DNA of 24,000 nucleotides from Spiroplasma endosymbiont of Lonchoptera lutea (GTDB lineage Bacteria; Bacillota_I; Bacilli_A; Mycoplasmatales; Nriv7): NCBI RefSeq assembly GCF_964019715.1, contig NZ_OZ026463.1, positions 918,220 to 942,219 of the forward strand, read 5' to 3'. Shown piece by piece: positions 1 to 7,892 of this stretch (position 1 is its first letter; each line of letters starts with the position of its first letter). The notes under the pieces were generated by a model. It saw only the letters and a program-made list of their open reading frames with translations, ran no database searches and was not told where the DNA came from. The position numbers and the translations under genes were made by a program.

Positions 1-101
1 TTAAATTTGTTAAAGCCACGATTAACCTTAACACGATTGTATTTTTTCCTAATTAATTTTGAATTTCTTTGTGAATGCATCACAATGTAACTTCTTGACA
101 T
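1..101 (-). CDS. hypothetical basic protein, N-terminal part only (runs off the window edge)
   Basis: ATG at 101..99, then an open frame to position 1 (MSRSYIVMHSQRNSKLIRKKYNRVKVNRGFNKF...). It sits directly downstream of the 113..343 gene in the same orientation. The RBS is weak. Confidence 0.3.
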   Translation of the reverse strand, partial: MSRSYIVMHSQRNSKLIRKKYNRVKVNRGFNKF

Positions 102-112
102 TGCTTTTGTCT

Positions 113-343
113 CTATCTAAATACTGATATGGTTTTTCAAAGTAGCATTAGAATAAATCACACCATAATCGCTGTTAAGAGTCAAAAAGCAATGTTTGCT
201 ATTAAAAGTCAAAGTGGTGCTTCGATTAATTTAATTTCTTTACCACCAGTAATGTGAGCCGGAATAGTTGTAATTTGAATAAATAAATCTCAGAAAGTTT
301 GTTTAATTTGTTCTCAATTAAATTCTTTTAAGTTTATTGTCAT
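113..343 (-). CDS. small hydrophobic/membrane protein, 76 aa (code 4)
   Basis: ATG 343..341 lies a few nt past the stop of the upstream gene (ATAAAAAATG). Translation is MTINLKEFNWEQIKQTFWDLFIQITTIPAHITGGKEIKLIEAPLWLLIANIAFWLLTAIMVWFILMLLWKTISVFR, with six in-frame TGA=Trp and a C-terminal TM segment. TAG stop at 115..113. Confidence 0.55.
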
Positions 344-346
344 TTT

Positions 347-490
347 TTATCTCCCGAAAATCATTTTTATTGGTAAATACATAATTGAAATTAGTGTGAA
401 AAGAAAAGTAATGATAATAATTAATCCGGCAATAAACGCAACTTGTGCAGGCATTTTTTCTATCGGAACAAACAGTTTTAAGAATTCCAT
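347..490 (-). CDS. small membrane protein, 47 aa
   Basis: ATG 490..488. Translation is MEFLKLFVPIEKMPAQVAFIAGLIIIITFLFTLISIMYLPIKMIFGR, with one clear TM helix. TAA at 349..347. It is packed between neighbouring small genes; the RBS (GAGA) is weak. Confidence 0.45.
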   Translation of the reverse strand: MEFLKLFVPIEKMPAQVAFIAGLIIIITFLFTLISIMYLPIKMIFGR

Positions 491-507
491 AATAATTTCT
501 CAAAACA

Positions 508-729
508 TTATTTTTTATCCGCGTTATTTTCTTTTGAATTAGGAGCTTTAACTCATTCTTCAAAGCGAGCAATAAATACTTTTTCGTCTTTTGTAAAATT
601 ACCAGTATTATTTTTAATGGCATTTTTATATTTAATTTGCATTTTTATTTTGGCATAAATTTTATAAGCAAAATATGCCAATAGCATTATGCAAATGATA
701 ATAAATATTATTCCAATCGCAATATTCAT
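508..729 (-). CDS. small membrane protein, 73 aa
   Basis: Strong RBS AAAGGAG 7 nt upstream of ATG 729..727. Translation is MNIAIGIIFIIICIMLLAYFAYKIYAKIKMQIKYKNAIKNNTGNFTKDEKVFIARFEEWVKAPNSKENNADKK, with an N-terminal TM helix and one TGA=Trp. TAA at 510..508. Confidence 0.6.
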
Positions 730-731
730 TT

Positions 732-1058
732 TTAAGCTCCTTTAAAATAGTTATAATTTATATCTTTTTTGTTGTTTTCTTTTTCGGCAATGAAAAAACC
801 TAATAATTCTTGTCCTTTAATTAATTTGGTTTCATTTTCTTTTTGATTAATTGAGATTACTTGATATTTATTATCTTTTATTATTCCGATGCAGATGGAA
901 TTTTCATATTTTCCTTTATAAACAAATCGCTTTGGAAACCAAATGCCGATTTGTTCATTAAATCATGGAATTTTTGGTGCTTTAATAAGCATTGCGTTTT
1001 GCGTTTCTTTTAAGAGATATTTTTTAGTATTTAAGAAAATGTTTTCAATGTTTTTCAT
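732..1058 (-). CDS. hypothetical protein, 108 aa, first gene of the small-gene cassette
   Basis: RBS GAAAGGT 8 nt upstream of ATG 1058..1056. Translation is MKNIENIFLNTKKYLLKETQNAMLIKAPKIPWFNEQIGIWFPKRFVYKGKYENSICIGIIKDNKYQVISINQKENETKLIKGQELLGFFIAEKENNKKDINYNYFKGA. Stop TAA at 734..732 lies 2 nt before the next start. I recognise no family. Confidence 0.6.
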
Positions 1059-1085
1059 AGTAAATTACCTTTCTTATTTGTTATA

Positions 1086-1156
1086 AACTAAGTTATATTA
1101 ACTAAGTTAGTTAACTTAGTTTTTTAAACACTTATATATCGCAGATTTAAGTGTTT
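1086..1156. promoter_or_regulatory. hairpin/operator-like repeat cluster upstream of the small-gene cassette
   Basis: AACTAAGTTA occurs at 1086..1095 and 1100..1109, and its exact inverse TAACTTAGTT at 1112..1121, giving a 10-bp-arm palindrome with a 2-nt spacer followed by T5. A second hairpin pairs AAACACTTA (1126..1134) with TAAGTGTTT (1148..1156) around a 13-nt loop. Confidence 0.4.
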
Positions 1157-1491
1157 AATAAGCTTTGTTAGTAAATTTTGTTTTTTTAATTAGATAAAGA
1201 TTTTAATAATTTTAAACTTAGCATACCCCTATATAGAAATTTCTACACTTTAATGTCCGCATCCTACCCTTGGAACTAATTTAATAGCGTGTATATTTTT
1301 AGGAAATCCGCCCATTCATTTTTTTATTGCAAAATGAAACAAATTGCTATAGCTAATAGGGTGTTATCTATTAACTGGTAAAACTTCTTTTGGTTATGGC
1401 GACCACCCACAATTTATCGTGCTTTAATACATACCAACATTATTAATTCACTTGTATTTAATTTTCAAAGAACAAACTTTTAACACCTTAT

Positions 1492-1522
1492 AAAATAAAA
1501 AGACAATCATTGCTGACTGTCT
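1492..1522 (-). terminator. rho-independent terminator downstream of the deoxynucleoside kinase operon
   Basis: The minus strand reads AGACAGTC-AGCAAT-GATTGTCT followed by TTTTTATTTTAT. The stem is 8 bp with one G-U pair. Confidence 0.5.
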
Positions 1523-1539
1523 TAATACTTATTCAAATA

Positions 1540-1570
1540 TTTTCCTACCTAACAAAACTTTACGCGTCCT
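1540..1570. repeat. transposon-end repeat, copy A-prime (exact reverse complement of 6459..6489)
   Basis: TTTTCCTACCTAACAAAACTTTACGCGTCCT is the 31/31 reverse complement of 6459..6489. Weaker similarity continues about 15 bp further to the left. Confidence 0.85.
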
Positions 1571-1605
1571 AAATATTTATTATCTTCTACTTAATGATTT
1601 ATTTT

Positions 1606-2208
1606 TTATTTTAATTTACTAATAATAATATTAGTTATTTCATCAATTGACTTATCATCACTTTCAATAACTAAAAAATTAAACTTAGTTTTATATTTTT
1701 CATATCATTGTTCATACTTCTCATTTAATAAAACTCAATAATTTTCATCTACTAATAATTCACTAGTTCGGCCACGAACTTTTATGCGCTGAATCGCCGT
1801 TGCTGAAGACACGCGTAAAAAAACAATTAAGTCCGGAGTAATTAAATTATCTAAATAAATACTTTCTAAAACCACATTGTGATAAAAGTCACAATAAACT
1901 TGATAATCAATATCATTAATAAGTTGTAAGTCTTTTAACACTTCAACAAAAATAACATCTTCCATCACACTACGATCAAAAATTACATTTGTTTTACCCT
2001 TAGTTAATTTTAATTGCTGACTTCGTGCCATTAACATATATACTTGCATTTTAAAAGCTGTTTGTTGCGGATTGCGATAATATTCATCCAAATATGGATT
2101 TTCCTTTACTGGCTCATTCATTAATAAATAATCGGCATATCTTTTTGATAATTTTTCACTAATAGTTGATTTGCCAGCCCCCACGACTCCTGATAATATA
2201 ATTCGCAT
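1606..2208 (-). CDS. deoxynucleoside kinase (dAK/dGK family), 200 aa
   Basis: P-loop at the N-terminus (MRIILSGVVGAGKST), then the NEPV..NPYL..YY and FDRS motifs typical of the dNK family. RBS AAGGAG. The track ORF 1735..2208 continues through two TGA=Trp codons to TAA at 1608..1606. Confidence 0.8.
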
Positions 2209-2230
2209 TTATTTAAACTCCTTATTTATG

Positions 2231-2587
2231 TTAATCTTGACTTTCATTTTTAAATTTATCACTGGCAACCGTCGCTTCTTCAGTTGTTGTTATTGATTCT
2301 GATTGGTGAGCCAGTAATATTTGTTGACAACTACTTTTTGATGTTAAGAACAACAAATTCATTGTAACAATTATTTTATTTAAAATTAATTTGTTAGATT
2401 TTTTTGCTTGTTTTTTAGTAGAAAAAATTTTAACTAAATTACTACTTATTTTTAATAAAACTTTACTCATACTTCTTCTGATTAATGAACAATAATTAAA
2501 GATAATATCTATTTCTGCAAGTTCTACTGTACTACCAGCGATAGCAATAATTGTTATGTTGCTTAACAACTTTAAAATTTTTGCCAT
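2231..2587 (-). CDS. hypothetical protein, 118 aa, co-oriented and apparently co-transcribed with the kinase
   Basis: Strong RBS GGGAGGA upstream of ATG 2587. The stop lies 22 nt before the kinase start. I recognise no domain. Confidence 0.55.
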   Translation of the reverse strand: MAKILKLLSNITIIAIAGSTVELAEIDIIFNYCSLIRRSMSKVLLKISSNLVKIFSTKKQAKKSNKLILNKIIVTMNLLFLTSKSSCQQILLAHQSESITTTEEATVASDKFKNESQD

Positions 2588-2675
2588 TTTTTATCCTCCC
2601 AAATAAATATATTTATCTAAATATTATTATTTATTTTACATTTTTTATCATTTTTTAGCAATATTTTATTTAAAA

Positions 2676-2702
2676 AGGTCGCGTTTAGTTTTCTTAGGTA
2701 TT
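2676..2702. repeat. transposon-end repeat, copy B (exact reverse complement of 6738..6764)
   Basis: 27/27 reverse-complement match to 6738..6764. It shares 20/26 positions with the A repeat (GGWCGCGTWWAGTTTTSTTAGGTA). Confidence 0.85.
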
Positions 2703-2942
2703 GCTTTGAAGAAGTAAAACAATCAGCTAATTATATTATTTAATTACTAAACTAACCCTGCCTTTCTTGTTATTGTCATTTTTATTCGCTAGCATTTTAT
2801 CATATTATTGAATTTTTACACAATAAAAATTATTAATATTATTAAATTTTCACTAATATATATTAATTTATATTTTTACTTACTTAAATCTATTATATTT
2901 ATTTGTTACAGCATGGATTGGCAACCCTTTTTAGGACACTTT

Positions 2943-3784
2943 TTATGTAGACTGGTATTTTCTAAATTCAACGGGAGTTAAATAATTTAAACTGCCATGA
3001 ATTCGAATATTGTTATATCAATTAACAAAATCAAATAGTTCGCATTTTAGTTGTGTTAAGTTTGCAAATTTTTTACCGTTAATAAATTCGGTTTTAAAGG
3101 TTTTGTAAGTTGCTTCAGCAACAGCATTATCATATGGGCATCCTTTGGAGCTTAATGATCTTTTAATTTTAAAGGTTATTAAAATTTCATCAATAATTTT
3201 ATTTTTAAACTCATTACCACGATCAGTATGAAATAAAGTTATTTTATTTAATGGTCGTGTTATCTTGTGAAAAGCTTGTTGAACTAATTCAGCAGTTTTA
3301 TTTGGTCCAGCACTATAGCCAATTACTTCGCGATTAAACAAGTCAATTAATAAACAAATATAATGTCATTTAGTGCCAACTTGAACATATGTTAAATCAC
3401 TAACAACAACTTCATTTGGTTTTTTGTCATTAAATTGATGATTTAAAACATTATTAATTTCGTCATTATTAACTGTTTTTTTATGATTACAATATTTTAA
3501 CTTGGTGTATTTAGAAACCAAATTATTTTTGATCATAATGAATCGGATTTTTCGTCGTGATAAAATGATATTTTTTCTTATTAAAACAGCTTTAATTTTA
3601 CGAGCACCATAAATCTTGCGACTTTTATTAAATGCACTGATAACTTCTTGTTCATAATTATTAACATCAAACTTGGTGCATTTATTAGTTTGATAATAAT
3701 ATGTTGATTTTAGTAAACCTAAAATCTTACATATTTTCCTCACTGAATATTTATTTTTGTTGTTATTAATTATTGTTATTTTTT
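2943..3784 (-). CDS. IS3-family transposase OrfB (DDE), made as an OrfAB fusion by -1 frameshift
   Basis: The frame is -1 relative to orfA, with an A6 slippery run at 3779..3784. DDE motifs are [19 protein letters not shown] and [16 protein letters not shown]. Track ORFs 3366..3743 and 3018..3341 join through TGA=Trp, and the frame runs on to TAA at 2945..2943 (...[25 protein letters not shown]). Confidence 0.8.
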
Positions 3785-4054
3785 CCCGATTATCAGTGCT
3801 GCTTGCTTTAAAATGTCATTTTCCATTCGTAATTGTTGGTTTTCTTTTCGCAAGTAAATTAATTCATTTTCTTCGACAGTGCGATTATCTTTTGCTTTAA
3901 ATGACCCAGAATTATTATAATTTTTAATTCAACTATAAATAGTTGGTTTTGGTAAATTATATTCTTTCCCTAAATTAATAACACTTTTGTCATTTTTGTA
4001 TAGCATTACAATTTGTTTTTTAAATTCTTCAGAGTATGAGGTTTTATTTCCCAT
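3776..4054 (-). CDS. IS3-family transposase OrfA (HTH), 92 aa
   Basis: [50 protein letters not shown]...[25 protein letters not shown] shows the typical IS3 OrfA HTH plus leucine zipper. RBS AAGGAA. It ends in GGGAAAAAATAA. Confidence 0.8.
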
Positions 4055-4297
4055 TTTTATATTCCTTCTTTCTTAATAATTTTGAAGTCTATATAATAAT
4101 TATGGTCCAACTTATTGTAGCCTATCCAGCATTACCTTTATAATTAATTCAACTATCATCATTTTTATTATTATATTTATTTCATAATGAATTTTTATAT
4201 ATTTCTTTTCTGATTTCTATTTCTGAATTAATATTTTCATTAATATAATGTAATACATTTAATTTGTTTAAATTTGCCATTCTTAAATGTAATAGGT

Positions 4298-5358
4298 CCT
4301 GAAATGTAAAATTAAAAAGGACACTTATATAAAAAACAAATTGTGTTAATTCTATAATTAAGAAAAGAAAGGAATTAGCACAATGTATAAGTATCTGACT
4401 ATTGAATCAATAATAGCAATAAAAGAATATAAAAGTTATGGATTTTCTATTCGTAAAATAGCAAAAGCAATTGATTATAGTAAATCAACTGTACACAGAG
4501 TTTGTAAATTATTAAATCAAAACTTATTACCATTAGAAATATTGAATCAAGTTCAAAAAAATAAACAAAATGCAGGTAGAAAATTAATAATTTTAACTTT
4601 AACAGAAATTAATACTATCAATCATTTGTTAATTACTAAAAATTATGCTCTTGATATAATTGCTGATTTTTTAAAGAAAAATAAAATAAAAAATATTTCA
4701 ACAAAAACTTTATATAACATGTTTAAAACAAATCGAATGGGTTTTGATGAAAAAAATTTATTGAGAAAAGGCAAAAATAAACCTCATAAACAAAAAGAAA
4801 CTAGGGGCAGAATTAATAATTGTAAATCTATTCATGAAAGAAATTTAATCATTCCAAATATTAAAAATATACAAGAATTTGGCCATTTAGAGGGAGATAC
4901 TATCGTTGGTAAAGATCATAAAAGTTCTATTATTACTTTAGCTGATATATGATCAAAAACCACAATTCCTTTGAAAACTAAAAATCATAAAGCAGAAAGT
5001 ATTACACAAAGTATAATAAAATTTATTTCAAAATTAATACCAGGAACAATTAAAACTATTACTTTTGATCGTGGTAAAGAATTTAGTAAATGAAAATTAA
5101 TTGAAAAAAATTGTAATGTTAAAATTTATTTTGCAGATGCCGGCAAACCTTGTCAAAGAGGTTTAAATGAGAACAATAATGGTATTTTAAGAAGATATTT
5201 ACCAAAATCTACTGATTTATCTTCATATAAACAAAAAGACTTAAATTCTATAGCATTTCAAATTAATTCTACACCCAGAAAATCATTATCTTATAAAAGA
5301 CCAATAGATTTAATACAATTATTTTAAAAAACTGTCCCATTTATATTTACAATTCAGG
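4298..5358 (+). mobile_element. IS30-family insertion sequence, copy 1 (1061 bp)
   Basis: Identical to 8218..9278 except for one base (5144 C versus 9064 A). Imperfect terminal inverted repeats are CCTGAAATGTAAAATTAAAAAGGAC and CCTGAATTGTAAATATAAATGGGAC. The flanks are GGT and AAT, so no target duplication is visible. Confidence 0.9.
4383..5327 (+). CDS. IS30-family DDE transposase, 314 aa
   Basis: N-terminal HTH (GFSIRKIAKAIDYSKSTVHRV). DDE region includes HLEGDTIVG, ITFDRGKEF and CQRGLNENNNGILRRYLPK. Track ORF 4383..4952 continues through two TGA=Trp codons to TAA at 5325..5327. Confidence 0.9.
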
Positions 5359-6458
5359 AATTAAATGCCGTTTGTTTTAATTTTTTAATAGCATGATAAC
5401 CATCTAAAATATATCTAACATTACCAAAGCTATTGGCAATTTCTCTAATTCAAGTAGCACCGTCGCCACAAACAATTATTTTGTCATAATTAATATTAAC
5501 ATAATGTTTTTGCAATTCTTTAATTAATAAATCACGATAATCCATCGTATTTATTCGTTTACCAACTTTTAACATTAGAAAATGACCTCGTTTGTTTTCT
5601 AATTCTCTACGAGCATTTTTGTATTTTTTTTCTTTATGTCCGGTATGAAAAGTAACTAAACGAATTCTTTGGTCTTTTTTAACTTTATGGTCTAATGTCG
5701 CTAAAAATGTCTCATCTAGTTGAATATATAAATCCTTATTTTTGACATCAATTCTAGTTTTAGTTTCTTTTTCTGCTAGTTGAAAATATTCGACAATATC
5801 GTATTTATTTAAAATATTTGAAATACTAGCTTTTGAAATATAACAATGATTTAGAGCATCTAAAACATCGCGATACCTTTTACCATCACCTAAAAGACTT
5901 AAAACTTTAAATTGGACATCAAAATAAATACGTTGTTTTGGCAATAAACCAATTTCTTTATCTAGTAAACATACATATTCAAATTTACCTGATTTTTGAT
6001 TTCAATATTTATATCGGCATCGTTTAAAAGTAACTTCACCAAAAATTGTAATAATTATTCTTGATGCAAAATGAACTACTTTATAACCTTGTTTTAACCG
6101 ATAATGATATTTATATAAGTATTCATCTAATTTTTCATATTCATTAGCTAATTGTTGGCATTTGTTGGTGTACATATTTTTATGGGTTGTAAATAAACTG
6201 AATCAATGTTTGTTTTCTACGGTTTTTACATTATTATTAATCTCTAACATAAAAAATTGCCTTTCTTGGTAGTAATTTTAACAAAGTTAAATTTAATTGC
6301 TTCAATCTACAATTTCCAGTTATTATCATAGTATTGTAAGAAGTTTATATAGTAAAAGTAGAATTTTTTGTTTGACGGTATATAATGAAGCTGCAAAGTG
6401 AATAGATTTCAGACTAAGATTTGGAAAAAGCATATTTATTATAATTTAGCAAAACACG

Positions 6459-6489
6459 AGGACGCGTAAAGTTTTGTTAGGTAGGAAAA
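6459..6489. repeat. transposon-end repeat, copy A
   Basis: AGGACGCGTAAAGTTTTGTTAGGTAGGAAAA is the 31/31 reverse complement of 1540..1570. Together with the B-prime end at 6763 it delimits a roughly 304-bp segment bounded by inverted end motifs. Confidence 0.85.
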
Positions 6490-6737
6490 GGTTTAAATAA
6501 TTTTGAAAAAAAAGTAATCACAATTTAATTATCATTTTATCTAAAAAATAAGTAATAAAACAAAATATTTAATATTAACAAACATAATCTTAATAAAAGG
6601 TTATAAAAACTCACTAAAATACTTATAAAAACAACATTAAAATAATTTTTTACAAAAAAAATCATACATAAGAAATATATACTTAATTTGCATATTGAAA
6701 TAATTTATAGTAAATGATTATTTTTTCTTTTTTTAAA

Positions 6738-6764
6738 AATACCTAAGAAAACTAAACGCGACCT
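6738..6764. repeat. transposon-end repeat, copy B-prime
   Basis: Exact reverse complement of 2676..2702. Confidence 0.85.
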
Positions 6765-6860
6765 AAAAATATTATTAAGAAAATTAATCCGTTTGAATGA
6801 ACTTAATTACAAACATTTTATCGTTTCAACACTTGTGGTATTTTAATTCAAACTGTTTCG

Positions 6861-7892
6861 TTATTTGGAATCTTGTCCTATAATATCCTTTAAAAATTCA
6901 TTTCATTTTTGTTGTTCTACTAATTGTGATTGTTTAATGACAAAACCATCATTAACCAAATCCTCAGTATCATTATTTTGTTGTTGTGATGTTGTAATAT
7001 CCTTTAAAAATTCATCTCATTTTTGTTGTTCCAATGCACTACTCTCATAATGAAAAATATTATTAAAATCAATTAATTCACTATCTTGCGAATTAACCGC
7101 TTTTAATTTTGAAAAACTGCCATATTTACCACCACATTTTAACAACAGATTATACTTTTCACCAGTTGCAAGATCTAACGGCGTTTTGCCTTCAAAATTC
7201 TCAATATTAGTATTAGCATCACGAAATAATAACATTTTAACAACAGTAATATTGTTAGCATAATGCAGTAAAGTATTACCAAAACTATCTTGTGCATTAA
7301 CATTAGGATAACTTCCTAGTAATAATTTAATAACATCAAGATTAACATCAGTACAATTTTCTAGTAATAATTTAATAACATCAGGATTAACATCAGTACA
7401 ATTTTCTAGTAATAATTTAATAGCAGCACCATTAGGATTAACACCATTACCGATTAATAATTTAATAATATCAGCATTCTTAATTTTAGGAATTGATTTT
7501 ATTATTAAATTATTGTCAATATTAGAATTAGCACCATTTTTTCTTAATAACCTAATAATATCAGAATTCCTAGTTTTCTGAATTGGTCTAATGCCTTTAT
7601 TATTGACAGCATTAACATCAGCACCATATGCAATTAAAATTTTAATATTAGCAAAATTTTTAGCTCGATGTAATGGGGTCTCACCCAAACTATTTTTAAT
7701 ATTAATATTAGCACCTAATTCTAAAATTATTTTTAAGGATTCGATTGCAGATTTATTATTTTTAAACCTTCACCCTAACAATTTTTCATTAATAATCTTA
7801 GGGAAATCATCAAATAAAGAAATTTTATCTAATTTTAAAATTTTATAAATGCGATTTGTAGTAGCAATAATTTTAAAATCTGCTGATTTTTT
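6861..7892 (-). CDS. ankyrin-repeat protein reading frame (no start codon of its own upstream of the repeats)
   Basis: Ankyrin consensus is seen in LGETPLHRAKNFANIKILIAYGADVNAVNNKG and FGNTLLHYANNITVVKMLLFRDANTNIENFEGKTPLDLA. The frame is open from 7892, just after a TAA, and has no in-frame ATG before the repeats. It passes through three TGA=Trp codons to TAA at 6863..6861. The track shows only 7017..7688. Confidence 0.7.
7316..7422. repeat. 45-bp tandem repeat (2.4 units) inside the ankyrin gene
   Basis: Units 7316..7360 and 7361..7405 differ at one base (7339 A versus 7384 G). A third, partial unit covers 7406..7422. The repeat encodes the 15-aa unit ENCTDVN(P/L)DVIKLLL. Confidence 0.85.

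Larger units (their letters stand above)
2914..4128 (-). mobile_element. IS3-family insertion sequence (IS150-like organisation), apparently intact
   Basis: Imperfect terminal inverted repeats TGGATTGGCAAC (2914..) and TGGATAGGCTAC (inverse, ending at 4128). A 3-bp target duplication GCA sits at 2911..2913 and 4129..4131. It carries orfA and a -1-frame orfB. Confidence 0.8.
2880..6250 (-). pseudogene. ISLre2/UPF0236-like DDE transposase gene, disrupted by IS30 (4298..5358) and IS3 (2914..4128)
   Basis: - Segment 1 (5359..6250): ATG 6250 with RBS GAAAGG, 297 codons, including ...IIVCGDGATWIREIANSFGNVRYILDGYHAIKKLKQTAFN (DGAxWI and LDxxH motifs).
- Segment 2 (4129..4297): the frame continues exactly across the IS30 (LLHLRMANLNKLNVLHYINENINSEIEIRKEIYKNSLWNKYNNKNDDSWINYKGNA).
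- Segment 3 (2880..2913): after removing the IS3 and one GCA duplication the frame continues (VTNKYNRFK, stop). Confidence 0.55.
2677..6763 (-). mobile_element. ISLre2/UPF0236-like transposon carrying nested IS3 and IS30 insertions
   Basis: 26-bp perfect terminal inverted repeats GGTCGCGTTTAGTTTTCTTAGGTATT at 2677..2702 and, inverted, 6738..6763. They are flanked by the direct repeat TAAAAA (2671..2676 and 6764..6769). The interior holds one transposase reading frame interrupted twice. Length without the nested IS elements is about 1.8 kb. Confidence 0.5.

Noticed and set aside
318-623. 101-aa minus-strand ORF from the supplied track
   Set aside because: It has no RBS and a low-complexity, Lys/Leu/Asn-rich product. 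It overlaps, out of frame, two better-supported small genes (508..729 with a strong AAAGGAG RBS, and 347..490) that encode clean TM helices.
6865-7848. Plus-strand ORFs 6865..7050 and 7591..7848
   Set aside because: Both lie antisense within the ankyrin-repeat gene. Their Cys/Ser/Phe-rich products reflect the complement of repeat codons, and neither has an RBS.
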